Assembly (NCBI RefSeq): GCF_964355755.1
Contig: NC_092672.1
Coordinates: forward strand, 3,658,001-3,722,000
Reading direction: 5' to 3'
Length of the DNA stretch: 64,000 nt
Source of the DNA: Antedon mediterranea
Taxonomy: Eukaryota; Animalia; Echinodermata
Under the pieces are notes generated by a model that searched no databases, was not told the origin of the DNA, and was given only the letters and a program-made list of their open reading frames with translations. Position numbers and translations under genes: made by a program. Positions 40,501-53,679 of the stretch are shown here, in pieces (within the stretch, counting starts at the first letter, position 1; each line of letters begins with the position of its first letter).

Positions 40501-43500
40501 TTATTATCAATCTTCTTTAAACCGAATTCAGTAAGTAATGTCTCATCAGTAAACGATTCTTTTTGCTCATTATTAGTACCCTTATTGTTCACATTATTTT
40601 GTGTGAAGACATCAAACACAATACCTGTAGATACATCATCCTTGACCTTTGACGTTTTCCCAGAACGGTCATCCATCTTGGCAATTTTTGATTTCTTTTT
40701 CTTTTTTTTCTTTTTCCTGGTATTTTCAGGAATGTTTTTTACCTGTTCATTGTCAATGCCAACTTTGTTTTTAGGATTTCTGTTTACGTCAGTAACCAAC
40801 GCAAAGGAGGATTGCTGATAGCGACTCTTTTGCGCTTGACGATTCCTCTGAGATAATTTAGCCGAGATTGTTAATTCTTCAGAATCATGTCCATAACAGT
40901 TAGTATATGGTGACTCTGAATCACTAAAGTCATCTAAGCTTGACCGCTCTCTAAATGTCAAGCTGTCTCCAGATTCATCTGAGGTAAAATTAATTGCATT
41001 TTGACAATCTCCATGATTCACAAATGGAACCTTATTATATGCCTCTGTCAAATGATGTTCATCATCGTCCAAACTTTCACTAGAAAGTAAAAAATTAAGT
41101 CTATCCGTAAGCGATATTTCACTAGGTTCTGATGCAACAAATTGCGGACCTGGTATGCTTGATCGAACCTCAGTCGGTTTGCGTCGTTCGCGAGCACTCA
41201 AATCAAGAGAGTTTTTAAGATCGAGAGACGACTTCTTGTGATTTATGCGAATATCATTCTCAACGATGGGTTTGTCAGATATTGGAACAGTTTTAGGGCC
41301 CAGAGGCTCTGAAGCATCCAAGATGTTACTACTGCAAGATTTACTCAGAGGTTGGATAGGTTCTCCGGGTGAATCAGGTGTACCGATATAACTTTGAACC
41401 TGCAATTCAAATTGATGGAAGTCCACATCAGGAAGACTAGCTAATTCTCTAGCTTTCTCTTTAACTTCTTCAACCTAAAGAAAAAAAAAACAATTTCATT
41501 CAAAACTTTCATGTTTGGCATTATTTGCTGTTCTATAAAATTATAAAGTGAATAAATGTCAAAATTTAAATGTTACTAAAACCAAACAACAAAAAAAACA
41601 TTGAATTAAAAAAAACATAAAAAAAAAAAAAAACTGTTTACATAATAAATAATTAGTAACAAAAATCCATGATTAGTTTATTAAGTTAATGAACATTTGT
41701 GAAAAGATTTAAGTAAAAATTGGTAAAATTAAAAAATGTATGTCATCAGTGAAAATTGATGTTAAGGCTCTACAGTATATTTAGTCAACTCTCACAGACA
41801 ACCTGGGGTTATTTTTTTCAGAATACATTTAATAAAGATAAACAAATTTAAGACCTTTTAGACTCTAAACAATTCTAGTATTGGGAAAGGGTTTCTAAAT
41901 TCTATACAGGATGAGTAGACAGTACCGGTATACTATATAAACGCATGCGAGTACATCAACATTACACAATCTGTGAAATCAAACTTTGTCATGTAATTCA
42001 AGTTGCAAAACAGCTTTAAATTTGACTATGTTTATTATCAGGAATAAATAAACAATAGTTGAGTTGTTGTGGTTTAAAGTGTAGCCTGGATTCAGACAGG
42101 CTTTATGAAAATGATTGTGCTCAATCAGGCAAAAAAAAGTTAGTATTAGCATGGAGGTATACAGTAGTAGTATTAGGATAGTATGCAACTAAAATGAACT
42201 TACAAATTAATTTACTGAAAACATAATCAATTTAGCTATAAGAACCAAATTATAAATAGGACATGAGTTACTGTACAAGATCTTTACAACCAAATACAAT
42301 AGAGTGCATCTGACAGATCCATGATTTTGAAATGGGCCTAAATATGGTGAAATGAAGGGTACAGCTTCATTTGGTGTCCTATTACAATGCCGGCTGCCCC
42401 CTCCCCTTGGATTCGCCCATGTGGAGATAACGAAGGTGCATGAAAGGGTCTTAAAATAGGGTGCAGGTCAAGTCGGCCCCAAACCGTCTCGGCCAAAGTC
42501 AAGTCGGCCCCACGTCAAGTCGGCCCCAAGTCAACTCGGCCTCAAGTCAACTCGGCCTCAAGTCAACTCGGCCTCACGTCAACTCGGCCAAAAACTAATC
42601 GGTCAACTCGGCCATAATAAAGTATGGAACGCAAAAAGTGCTTAATATTATTACGATTCTTACTATCCACGTTTAAAAAAAAATGAAGAAATAAAAAATA
42701 TAATATCATATAAAAAAATGAACTCATTGCCGATATGAATAGAAGTACCCGCGTGTTACAAAATACACGTGCAGGTACCGTATTTTAGGAAATCGAAGAC
42801 GGAGGGCCTACGTTCCACCGTTTTTGTGCATGATTTGCGTTTTTAAAAAAGGGGAAACCCCCGGTCAGCGAAAACACGTAGCAGTTGTAGATATCGAAAA
42901 AGCTGGCAAACGCGCAGGGAGGCTCAGCTACGAAATTTTATTAAACGTAAATAAAGGAAAGTTGATGAAATCATTCCTATTTTTTTGCTAAATATATTAT
43001 TGTCTAAATAATAATATTCATTAAAAGTTAGAATTAGGCCTATTCATAGTTAAAATATTGTGAAGAAATATTATTTTATCAATTCCCTTCATTTGCACTT
43101 TTTGCGTCCCATACTTTAACGGGGCCGAGTTGACCGATTATATTTTGGCCGAGTTGACGTGAGGCCGAGTTGACTTGAGGCCGAGTTGACTTGAGGCCGA
43201 GTTGACTTGAGGCCGACTTGACTTGGGGCCGACTTGACTTTGGCCGAGACGGTTTAGGGCCGACTTGGATCGAAACCCTTAAAATATTAAACTACTGTAG
43301 AAAGTTTGGGTGCCTTTGGCTCCATCTTAGCCCCATACAACAGCATGCATACCCTAAAAACAAAGATAACATTCTGGCAATGACTATACTGTATATACAG
43401 TGTAATAGACAAGTTTCTTTCAACCAAGCCAAGCTGAAATGGAAAAATGAAGATTAATAGTTTATAAAGGTGCAAGCCTAACCTTTGTTTCTAAAGACCG

Positions 43501-46484
43501 ATGTCTAGTCGCATTCCGTTCCATGCTATACAAAGAAACAATATTCACAAACCTGGGCCGGCCCCCTCGCAAGCTTAACCTCCCTGCAGGCACACGGGCG
43601 ATTCCCCCAGACGACAGACGAATAGATGGAAAGATCAAGGAGAGTGAGTACAGCAACAAGAACCTAAAGCCGGAGGAGAGTCTGCAAATTGGAATAAAAA
43701 CCCAATGTAATTTAACACTTAACATATAATTTTAAGAAATTATTCAAATTACTGTATATTATATTTTGGAACATCATCATAATAAAAATGGTATGTTTTC
43801 CAATATTTCTTTTTCCCCCAAGTTTGGTTGTTTGCAACTCTGCTAATGTATATTGAGAATTGCCAAACAGTAGATAACTCTTTAATTTTTTTTCGTTGTC
43901 GTTTTGATTTGGTTTTAAATTCTTAGACAGCAAACTGTATGAACCTTATAACACCAGCAGATGTTGTGCATATATCATAACTAACTGGATGATAGCCAAT
44001 GAACATCAAATTATCAGACTTCATGTCACACTAAATCGACATACAATAACTTTATATTATAGTATGATTTTAAATAAATTGGTTTACAGTACTCTAAAAA
44101 GTAAAAATGACACAACCATAATTAAATAAATTGATATCCCTTGTTCAACACATGACTAAAATGCACTATATAATCATAATGACATTCAATGTTATAAATA
44201 TAAATTATAATTAAATCTAAGCCTAGGCTAGGATAATACTGCAGATTACCATAGTTTGTGTAAATCATGTGTTTTGGTTCTATTTTGTCTATAATATCAT
44301 ACTTTCAGATGTATAAAACATAAATTAAAATGCTGGAAATAGTGGAATTTAGAGTCTAAAACAAAAACAGGTACTGTACTATACAGTATGTTGTGAAATA
44401 TAAAACATAGGAACAAACAACAAAAATGAAAGCATCAAATAACTGTAAATAGTATTGTCCTCTAAAACACAAACAAATCAAATAAACTAACTTTGAATTT
44501 TGTAGTTAATAAAGTTACTTTTGAGGATTTCAAATTTAAAGACACAAAAAAACACAATTACATTAACACATATGGTGTACTGCAAACTGTGTATAAACAT
44601 ATTGATTTTGTCACACATACCTTCAAACAATAAATTACATTTAAGAAACCCATCACTTTCAGACAATGGGCTTTCGGTTGCCTATTTTTTTCTCCTTAAA
44701 AATACCGTTTTATAAGGTAAATATTAATTTTCAATCCAATTTTTGGTAAACTAAAAGTAAATTTATGTTAATGTGTCATTAAAATGGCCTATTTAACAAA
44801 AAAGGTTTAACAAATTATTCTTTCATGGAGAAAATAAAGTAAACCAAAAGTTAATAAAAAGTCAAGTAAAAAAAAAACATCACAAATCTCCATAATTAAA
44901 AAATACTTGAATTACGTAAAGAAATGGCAAACAAAAAACCAACAATGGCAGTGTTTTATCGGTAACAGGACGATTCGGCCCTGAGACAATTCAGCACACT
45001 TAAATTTATCGGGCCGAATCGTCCCACCAAAAGCGGGCCGAATAGTCTCGGGCCGAATCGTCTCAGGGCCAAATCGTCCTGGAACCGTTATATCACGTCA
45101 AATAAATTAAAATAACATAGGATGGTAGACCTAGTAGGATTCTTTCTGTAGCAAACAATTATTTATAAATAACTGTGGTAGGTAGGTGATCAGTTCAGCA
45201 AATACTTTTTTATAACAAAAAAATTATATTAAATTTACGCCGTGGTTAGGATTCCGGCACCGGAACTCAACTGCCCGCCGTTAGGGAATCCGACACGCTA
45301 TTGCGCATGCTCATAGCTCTGGGAAGTGAATTATAGCTTGCACTTATAGAGTGCCACACACACCACACCACCGAGAGTCGGAGTGTTATAGGGATTTACT
45401 GTAGCCTAGATAGTCGTTGCGCGAGCGAGAGAGCGATGGATGAAACTTGGCCTATGCCATACATGAATTAATAATTAAAATACGACTACGCCACGCGTTA
45501 AAATAATTATAATGATATTAATAAGTATCAGTATCTATCTAAGAATCGTAATGCTGTTTTTAGCGTTGCGACCCTGACTTTCCAAACAGTTTTCACATCC
45601 ACGCGGGTGGCTGCCGTCAACAAATCAACTTGTGATTGCATGTTGTTATGTACAGTATAATGCGTTATGAAAAATCATAAAACTAGTCATGTAATTATAT
45701 AATTCATAATGATATGAAGTTTATATATGAATGAAGCAACCACTATTTAATTAAAAAATAAATAGGCCCACTGGTCACGTCTAACTGGTAACCCTAGCCT
45801 AGATTAGTGGATACCGTATTAGTAGGCATCTAGACTAGTTTGCCGTGTGTGGCGCAGCTATGAAATGATCCATCGCTGTTGTTGATAGGTGGTATAGAGT
45901 CGCCGATTACCTCGCTCTGGGCATGCGCAATAGCGTGTCGGATTCCCTAACGCTGGGCAGTTGAGTTCCGGTGCCGGAATCCTAACCACGGCGTTAAATT
46001 TAACCTTGGATTGCAACCAACAACGACCCTTGCCTTGTCCTTGTCTTGATTGAATTAATCAAAACAGATGTTTAGATTCATTTTAAAATAACAACAGTTT
46101 AATTATAGATGAATAGACTTATAAAAGCTAGCCACACAATCTACCATCCACCCAAAGTCCTTCCGATCATCTCCCACTCACTTTACACCAGAACTACCAC
46201 TACCAAACGTCCAAAAGCAGCAGCAGCACCGCCCTTCTTTCTCCAACTGAATGAACGCCCCTGCCCGGGTGGCTCAACCAAATACAAACCTCTTCAGTGG
46301 TCAAATTCTTTGGCATAACGTCATCATATATTTCTATAAATTGTTCAGCATCTTCGTTTTTTATTGCAACAGCTAATTGCAGAGACAGATGGCTAAATTT
46401 CCACCAATTATTAGAAATTCGCCAACCTTCCATTTCACAGAAGAACGGCCATTTTTTAAAGATGTTGTTATGCACACTACGCAT
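37523..46484 (-). CDS. Unidentified ~1250-aa largely low-complexity/disordered protein with poly-Lys tracts
   Basis: Exons 41474-39929, 39640-37808 and 37590-37523 are well supported: long ORFs, GT-AG, matching phases, ending ..AKFLQKEWQKVLEEDAKNPGRVVYLKTN*. 5' exons 46484-46290 and 43663-43553 are in frame with canonical sites but tentative. No family recognised with confidence. Confidence 0.7.
42459..43277. mobile_element. MULE/foldback-like element with 16-bp subterminal tandem repeats, 9-bp TSD
   Basis: cttaaaata flanks both ends. ~190-bp TIRs built of (gtcaactcggcctcaa)n. Confidence 0.8.
44961..45086. mobile_element. Small MULE-like MITE
   Basis: ggtaacaggacgattcggccc...gggccaaatcgtcctggaacc with imperfect flanking repeat gttttatc/gttatatc. 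Confidence 0.55.
45238..45993. mobile_element. MULE-like non-autonomous element, CGCCGTGG termini, 9-bp TSD
   Basis: ttaaattta|cgccgtggttaggattccggcaccggaactcaactgccc...ccacggcg|ttaaattta, with ~80-bp TIRs. Confidence 0.85.
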
Positions 46485-46599
46485 GCTCGGAATGCATTCA
46501 GGCAAAGAACTTGATTCTGTTTTTTCGATTTGGTATTTAAAACTTTGATGGTTTGATTTATAAATAGATCTGTATTCATATTTTGTTGTTATAAAACTT

Positions 46600-46810
46600 T
46601 AATTGAATTTATAACTTGAAGATAGCATGAATTAGATTGCAAAAAATACTTAAATTTCGTTTTTAAGCACTTTACGTTTGGGTTGTAAAGTCTACCACCT
46701 ATATCGTTCAACATGTGGGACGTTGAGGGCGAACTATTTTGATTACGACAAATTTTATGTTGAGAAAGATAGAAGATTTTGTGTTTTTGTCAGCAACAAA
46801 CCAATAAAAA
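46600..46810. promoter_or_regulatory. Probable bidirectional promoter between unknown gene (-) and CDIPT (+)
   Basis: Predicted start codons are only ~330 bp apart and divergent. CCAAT at 46801. Confidence 0.5.
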
Positions 46811-49800
46811 ATGGCTGAAAACGTGTTTTTATTCATACCAAATATCATTGGTAGGTAGATGTATTATAGCTATGTAATCTTGATAAGTAATTCGACAAAA
46901 GATATATTTGAAATGCTATAAAAAGCTTGAATCTAGGCTCCTAGCAAGAGCTAGGCTAGGGCCTAGGCCTAGGCCTTCTTGCCCTTGCTTGCTTGTTTGT
47001 TATGTTAGGATAATTTATTAAAGATGTATTGTCCCCCAGAAAAAAATAATTCTTAAACACTTTTTTGTTGAATATGCCATTTAATGTCACTAATATTAAT
47101 CCACTTTGACCAAAAATTGGGTGAGAAAAAAAATTAATTTACCTAAAATACTGTAATTTAAAGCAAAAAATAGTCAAATTGGCTGCCAGCCAACAATGCG
47201 GCATGCCAGGTTTTGGTTTTGATTTAATTTAAATAACCATTTATTTTGTCACTTTATAAGTGAAAACATTATTTTTTTTCATTTTTTCATCTAATAATGC
47301 CATGCAGTGACCGTTATAACATGTATGGCTATATTAAACTAACAGAAAATTATTTTTTCTACTTGTGTTTAGGTTACATGAGAATCGTTCTTGCTTTGGC
47401 GGCTTTTTACTTCATGAGAACGAACTACATATTAACAGCTTTTTGTTATCTGCTCAGTGGCTTCCTTGATGCTTTTGATGGGCATGCAGCCAGACATTAT
47501 AATCAAAGTATATCTTAAATATATTTCTTTTTTGTTTCTTGTGTTGGACCTCTTATTCGTCAGTTTTTCATTCATCAGTGAAAAATTATTTCCATTTATT
47601 GTCATTTGCAAATAAATAAATATACACAAAATGTATGTACATAGAAATTAATTAATAAATCAAAATAAAACCTACTGTACAAAAAATTAAAATAAACCCA
47701 CAAATTCTACTTCCACACACAAAAAACTAAATTTCCTCAAAATGCTTTTTTTCAGGTACAAAATTTGGAGCAATGTTGGATCAGCTAACAGATCGTTTAG
47801 CGTTGATGTGTTTCTGTATTGGGCTCTCGGTTCTCTATCCCGATTATTACTTCTTCTTCCAGCTTAACTGTGCCTTGGATATTGCAAGCCATTGGCTTCA
47901 TCTACATCAGTAAGTTTGTCTTAGATAAACCCTGGGCATAACAACAGCAGCTAAACCTAATCTACTTGATCTATTTGATAGTGTGGAGCAGTTGACAAAC
48001 TGTGACCTCAATAAATCAAATTGTTGTCATGATGCACAAAATTAAACCCTATTTCCTAATGCAGTGGCGGATCCAGCATTTCGAAATAGGGGAGGCCCAG
48101 GGCCTGGCAATGGTGTAATGAAGGGCTGAGCTTAATTTGATTGATTGCGAAATTTAGGGCCCCCCCTTGAATCCACCCCTATAGTGTAGATATGCATGAG
48201 ATAAAACTTCTCCAAATATTAGCAATTTCCGTGTTTACAAAGAAAAGTTTATAGTGTAGACTACTGTAGGCCTTACTCTTTAGTGGAGTCTTGTGAGACT
48301 GCTGACTCTTGTAGTTACAGTAATCAACGTATTACTTTAGCAGTCCCTGACCTATTCATCTTTGTACAATGTATGTTTTGTTGGTCAAATAAATAAATGA
48401 AATGGTTAAACAAACCATTGTTGCAGTCGTATAGTGTTGTATATAATCCAAGGCAACCAATAATATCATAATGTCATCTTGTTTTCATACTGTTTCATTA
48501 ATTATCATTACTCATTCATACCAATGTATTCAAATGTTAATATCTTTGTAAAAAATATATGAAATTAATAATATGTTTTTGTTATTTTAAAGGTCAAACC
48601 TGTCGGGAAGGACGAGCCACAAGTTGATTGACCTTTCTGGTAATCCTATTCTACGCATTTACTATACATCAAAGGTATTGTGATAATTTATTCTAACAAA
48701 TAAAATAATAACAATGAGAATGATTGTAAAAATATCGGAATCACTAAAATGAAAGATTTTTGTCATTTATTCATAAATTACCATAAAATAAAAATGACGA
48801 TGTTCTTTGTAGTCACTAAAACACAATACCAAAATAAAGGATTTTGATAAATGTTCATATAAAAGGACATCTTTGATCAGTTTAATTTTAATCAATTAAT
48901 ATAAATAATCAATTAACAATCAATAATCTATTACCAATCAGTCAATTGCCGATCAATTTGTTTTTTTTAGCCGGTTTTGTTCATAATGTGCTGTGGAAAC
49001 GAAATGTTCTTTGGAATGCTCTATCTTCTCTACTTTGCTGAAGGACCGAAGCGTAAGTACCGGACACCTTTCTTCAAACACAAATTGTCTGGTTTTTCCA
49101 TTAGCAATCAAATAATAATAATACAGGACCAAGTATAATTCCATGCTAATTTTGGCTAAATTTGAACATAAGACTATAAATAAATTCCATTGTTAATACA
49201 ATTCAAGTACAGTATAATTCCACCACCTAATTTCCCTAATTTTCATACCCATGACCCATGGGATTATATACTATATTATACTATATAGAATTTTACAGGA
49301 AACAAGAGTCCATGCCATTTGAGAAAAAGATGCCATGCACCCTTAATACAATTCAAGTATAATCCCACCACCTAATTTCCCAAATTTCATACCCCTATGG
49401 GATTATATAATACTGTTTATATAACACCTATATAAATTCCTGTCATTTGATTGGACGAATGTGGGTCACATGGCGTGCAATAGTACGCACTATTCAACGA
49501 TCGTTAAATAGTACTTTTTGAAACATTTTTGTGTACAAAAAAAAAACGTCTAGATGTTATATAAAACAAATAATGAATGTTTTGTATTCGTGTAATGGTA
49601 CAAATAATGGCACTTGGTGAATGATGAAAGGTTATATCAACTCGGCTTTGCCTCGTTGATATAACCTTTCATCATTGCACTCATAAACATTCATTATTTG
49701 TATAATATACTATAGAGAATTCTACAGGAAACAAAAGTCCATGCCATTTGAGAAAAAGATGGTCACCATGCACCCGAACCATTCACTCTCGATATGCCAC

Positions 49801-50010
49801 TGTCTTATGTGTGTAAGACCTCATTTTTTTGTAACACAATCAGTTTTTATTTTCTTTTCAGTACTACTTGACATGGGTCTCTATCGTTTACTGATGTACA
49901 TCTCTCTACCCATCATGCTTTTGAAAGCGCTCATCAGTCTCATCCACCTAATAACTGCATCCAAAAACATGGTTGCCATCGATATGGCAGAACGCAGCAA
50001 GTCAAAGTGA
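46811..50010 (+). CDS. CDIPT: CDP-diacylglycerol--inositol 3-phosphatidyltransferase (phosphatidylinositol synthase), 213 aa
   Basis: Exons 46811-46850, 47373-47507, 47756-47909, 48593-48674, 48971-49052, 49862-50010. MAENVFLFIPNIIGY start and CDP-alcohol phosphotransferase motif LDAFDGHAARHYNQSTKFGAMLDQLTDR; also LDIASHWLHL, SHKLIDLSGNPILRIYY and CCGNEMF. Confidence 0.95.
48062..48181. mobile_element. hAT-like MITE remnant; similar small remnants at ~42310-42420, 51825-51930, 60274-60392
   Basis: cagtggcggatccag...ttgaatccacccct termini. The 60274-60392 copy has imperfect 8-bp flanks atccgcat/atctacat. Confidence 0.45.
49417..49706. mobile_element. ~290-bp TIR-less element with internal hairpin (Crypton-like); near-identical inverted copy at 60702-61005
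   Basis: Near-identity of the two copies, hairpin gaatgatgaaaggttatatcaac..gttgatataacctttcatcatt, and no TIR or TSD. Family assignment is inference. Confidence 0.6.
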
Positions 50011-52980
50011 GGAAAACATTTTGTTAGGTAAAACGATAATATATGAGGGCGCCATTTGTAGACCAGTAGATTTTGTGCGTCCTACGGTAAAATTTCATCA
50101 TACATTTTTTTTAATATAGATTTTCAAACATCTGTACTGTATGAATGAATGGTATTTACAATGTTAAAAATTAATTTGATTTTAGAATGTATCTACACGT
50201 ATCAAAAATATGTTTATGATTATTATGTTAATTTATGTTAATTTATGCATGATTAGAATTAGAATTCATGATTGTTGTCTTTTTAAATATCATTCTTGGT
50301 CACCTAAATTTATTTATTTCCTCCACACTATTTTTTTCTTTACGTTTTAATTATCACGCCATCTATATTGATAGAGATGAATTTTAGACCAATCACTTGT
50401 GCTCTTGGTGTGCAAAACGTTAAAGGTAAATGAAAAAAAAAATGGGTGCATGACATAATTTTCTTGTGTTAAATGCACAAAAATTGTGAAAACAAAAAAT
50501 TAGCATGCAAAATATGCAATATACAATTGTGGTGGTTTCCCCATATTTCATAAATAATATTTTATATCCATCTTTTGAATTTTCTAATAACTGTTAATAT
50601 TTCTCTTTTTAGTGTAGATAGTGCTGAGGAAAATTTAATGTAAGAAATACAACGTAAGTATAGGAGTGTTGATATTGATGTTACATATCATATCATATTC
50701 AAATTAGCTTTTAACAAAGGCCAAATAAAAATGTATAGCTTGTCTGTAGATTTTACCATATAAGGAAGTATATTAACTATACATATGTTTCATTTAAATA
50801 ATAGAGCATAGATGTTTTTAATGTTTTGTTATTATTATTATTATTAAAGATCTTTCTTCAAATATTTAAAAATATTGCTTCATTTGTTTTAAAACTATAG
50901 CCAATGCTTATTCACTAGATATCCATATTAAAGGGACGCTTCTTTTGGCCTCTTTAATAAAGTTTCTACTGTGTTAAATACAATTTGTATATTGCCTCCT
51001 ATATAAATTTAAGCGCCTTGAGCACTTTGTGGATATGTGCGCTCAATAAATCTTATTATTATTATTAAAATACAATAACATACACTATTTAGATATCTCT
51101 TTGTTTAAAGTAAGTTGTTTTGCTACAATTACTTACTTACTAATCCAAATATTTTCTTTACTACAGGCTGTGCAGTTGCACATTGACTACCTTAGATGTT
51201 CTGCATTCACTGCACTCAATTCAACACATTAATTGGTATGCAGGGTCACTTAGCATGTCAAAGTTCAAAGGTCATCATTGAAATAAGCACTTGTAGATGT
51301 GTAGCATTCCGAATGAAAGCCCACCTTGCAATTTCAACCTTATATATAGTGATATTATAATGCCAATAGTATGCCCATATTTGGTATATTATCATCTGGC
51401 CAACCGATATCAATTTTTAAAAATATCTGAACAGTAATGTTACAGTTCATAAAATATTATATTCTATTTTACTAAAATACGATTTTTAACATCATAAATA
51501 ATTTTGCGAAAGCTAGTTAATTCATTTAATAAAATAATATGATAATTACTTTACAATATTTTTATTCATGAAGTTCAGCTGAATACAATAATTTGATTTC
51601 GGAATTAATCTGAAATCAGCAGATGTTGCATACACAAAATGTTTTTTTTTATTCTGACAATTTCACAATCATGTTTATTAAGCTACCCTGTATATTAATA
51701 GCTTTCCCTCTCAAAATTTGAAAAGAAACGATGTACTGTAGTTTTAAATCGTTTTAAATATTTATATATAAACTTACCACCATCTATGTTTTATTAGTAT
51801 AATGTTGCAATATGTGTTAGTGTTAGTGGTGTAATGCAGGGGGCAAAAGCCCTTGGTGTAACACTCCAATGCTGGGTAGGAGTGCCCATGCTCTGGGGTC
51901 CCTAAAACCAGTGGCCGCACATAGCCACTGCTACAGACTACAGTAATTTGACAATAAGTTAAGTGTTTGTGAAATGTTTGGTGCTTAATAACTGTAAAAT
52001 TGATAGTATATAGTTGATCACACTCCTTATAAGGAGACATGCATCTGTATATAGGGGACACCCAGTACACCCCTATTAAAGCTTGGTTCCCACTAGAACG
52101 TAACGCAAGCACGTAAACGCAACGCAAGCGTTTTAACCAATGACAAACAAAGTTATAGACAGTTAGCAATCACAAGCGAATAAGCCATCGCTTGTGATTG
52201 GTCAATTCACTTGCGTTGCGTTTCGTCCTTGCGTTGCGTCGCTAGTGGGAACCAAGCTTTAGCCATACCCCTATAAAAGGTTACATTCCGATAGAATTTA
52301 AAGGGAACTTTTTTCTTCCAAAAGTGTTTCCATTATTTATGTTCTTACTTTCCTAAGTATAAAATTATTGCATTCTGTTATGTTTTTTAAATTTACTATT
52401 TAATAATAAATATATAAGTATATTATAATTATTTTGTAGCATTGTGTTGATACCAGCTCATTGTATACAATTGTCGGAAATTAATAAATGGTGGTTTGCC
52501 ACACATAAGAAAACAAAATTGTATTATTTAAATAAATTGGTATTTATTTTTACAAAGTTGTATAAAAATGTACAATAAATGGCCACTATTTTATTTGGGA
52601 TTTAATTCTAATGGACTAACGAATAGTCCTTAATTTAATTGGGATTTACACTATCAAACTAATGTGACCAAAAATATGATGTGACCATATATTGACAGGA
52701 TGATGTCATTTCACTACCATATCACATCACACTTTTTTGTCACATAAAGTTTGATAGTGTAGACAGATCTAAAGATTAATTGGGACAAAAGAGAGTGAGT
52801 GAATTTGAACAAAGAAGTGGCTTTCGGTAAAAGAGATTTTTTTGATAAATTACATTTTTAAAAGTATTTAGTTTAGAGCACAGCATTTTGAAACGGAGAG
52901 CATTTATACAACATAAAGCTCTGTCATCACACTTGTTCATTCTACCACCATCTACACAGTCACAGGTTTCTTTTACACAA

Positions 52981-52996
52981 CCGCTAGGTGGCAGCA
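52981..52996 (+). promoter_or_regulatory. CTCF-like binding motif upstream of ABCB9
   Basis: ccgctaggtggcagca fits the CCRSYAGRKGGCRS CTCF core consensus. Confidence 0.5.
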
Positions 52997-53679
52997 TTTC
53001 AGTTGGAGTGAGTAGTCAAGAATACAGCAGCTGCAGTGTGTAACTTAAACTGAGAACAATAAATAATAACAATTAAACTTTTTATTACATTAGGAGGTTT
53101 GTATAATGAACTAAAATATATTTATAATACTAGTAGTGGATATCAGCTAGACTTGAGCAGTTGTAGGCCTTTTAAACAAGTGAATACGCAGTTTCTAGTT
53201 TAGGGCCTAGTTAGTACTAGTACTACCAATCAATAGCAATACCATCCATGGATGGTACAACTAGCCTACAATGCAAACAGTCGAGTGTAGTTTCCAGCCA
53301 CTTTACTTAGTGGTGGTGACTCACTAACATTTTCACAAAAAGAAAGTTAGTGTCCTCCTTAGCAACAAATTTCAGGTTTATGTATTTTTCAAGGGAAGAA
53401 AGAGTTACATTACACTTTTCCCTGTGTATTTATTATGGGTGTAAGCACAATATACCGTACTCTATGAAAGCTGGTGACGATTTAATTTTTTTTAATCAGT
53501 TTTTAATTCGTTTATTTATTTGAGTATATTAGGCCTATCATATTACCATCACCAAAAAATTATGCCTGCCGCCCTCAAATAAATACCCCACAAATCCCTC
53601 AAACAATAAAATAACTCCCGAACAATAAAATAATTGTTTCATTTTGTTTTTCAGAAACCTTTTCAGTAAATGTTCCAGT

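Noticed and set aside
38119-40818. Plus-strand ORFs of 75-118 aa
   Set aside because: Antisense shadows of the two large minus-strand exons.
43580-43681. Cys-rich frame GSCCCTHSP-TGA as possible selenocysteine readthrough
   Set aside because: The frame hits TAA soon after, no SECIS was identified, and another frame gives a clean exon.
44620-44700. Potential extra exon of the minus-strand gene (donor GAAG|gtatgt)
   Set aside because: Poor acceptor, and its exit phase leads to a stop in the next exon.
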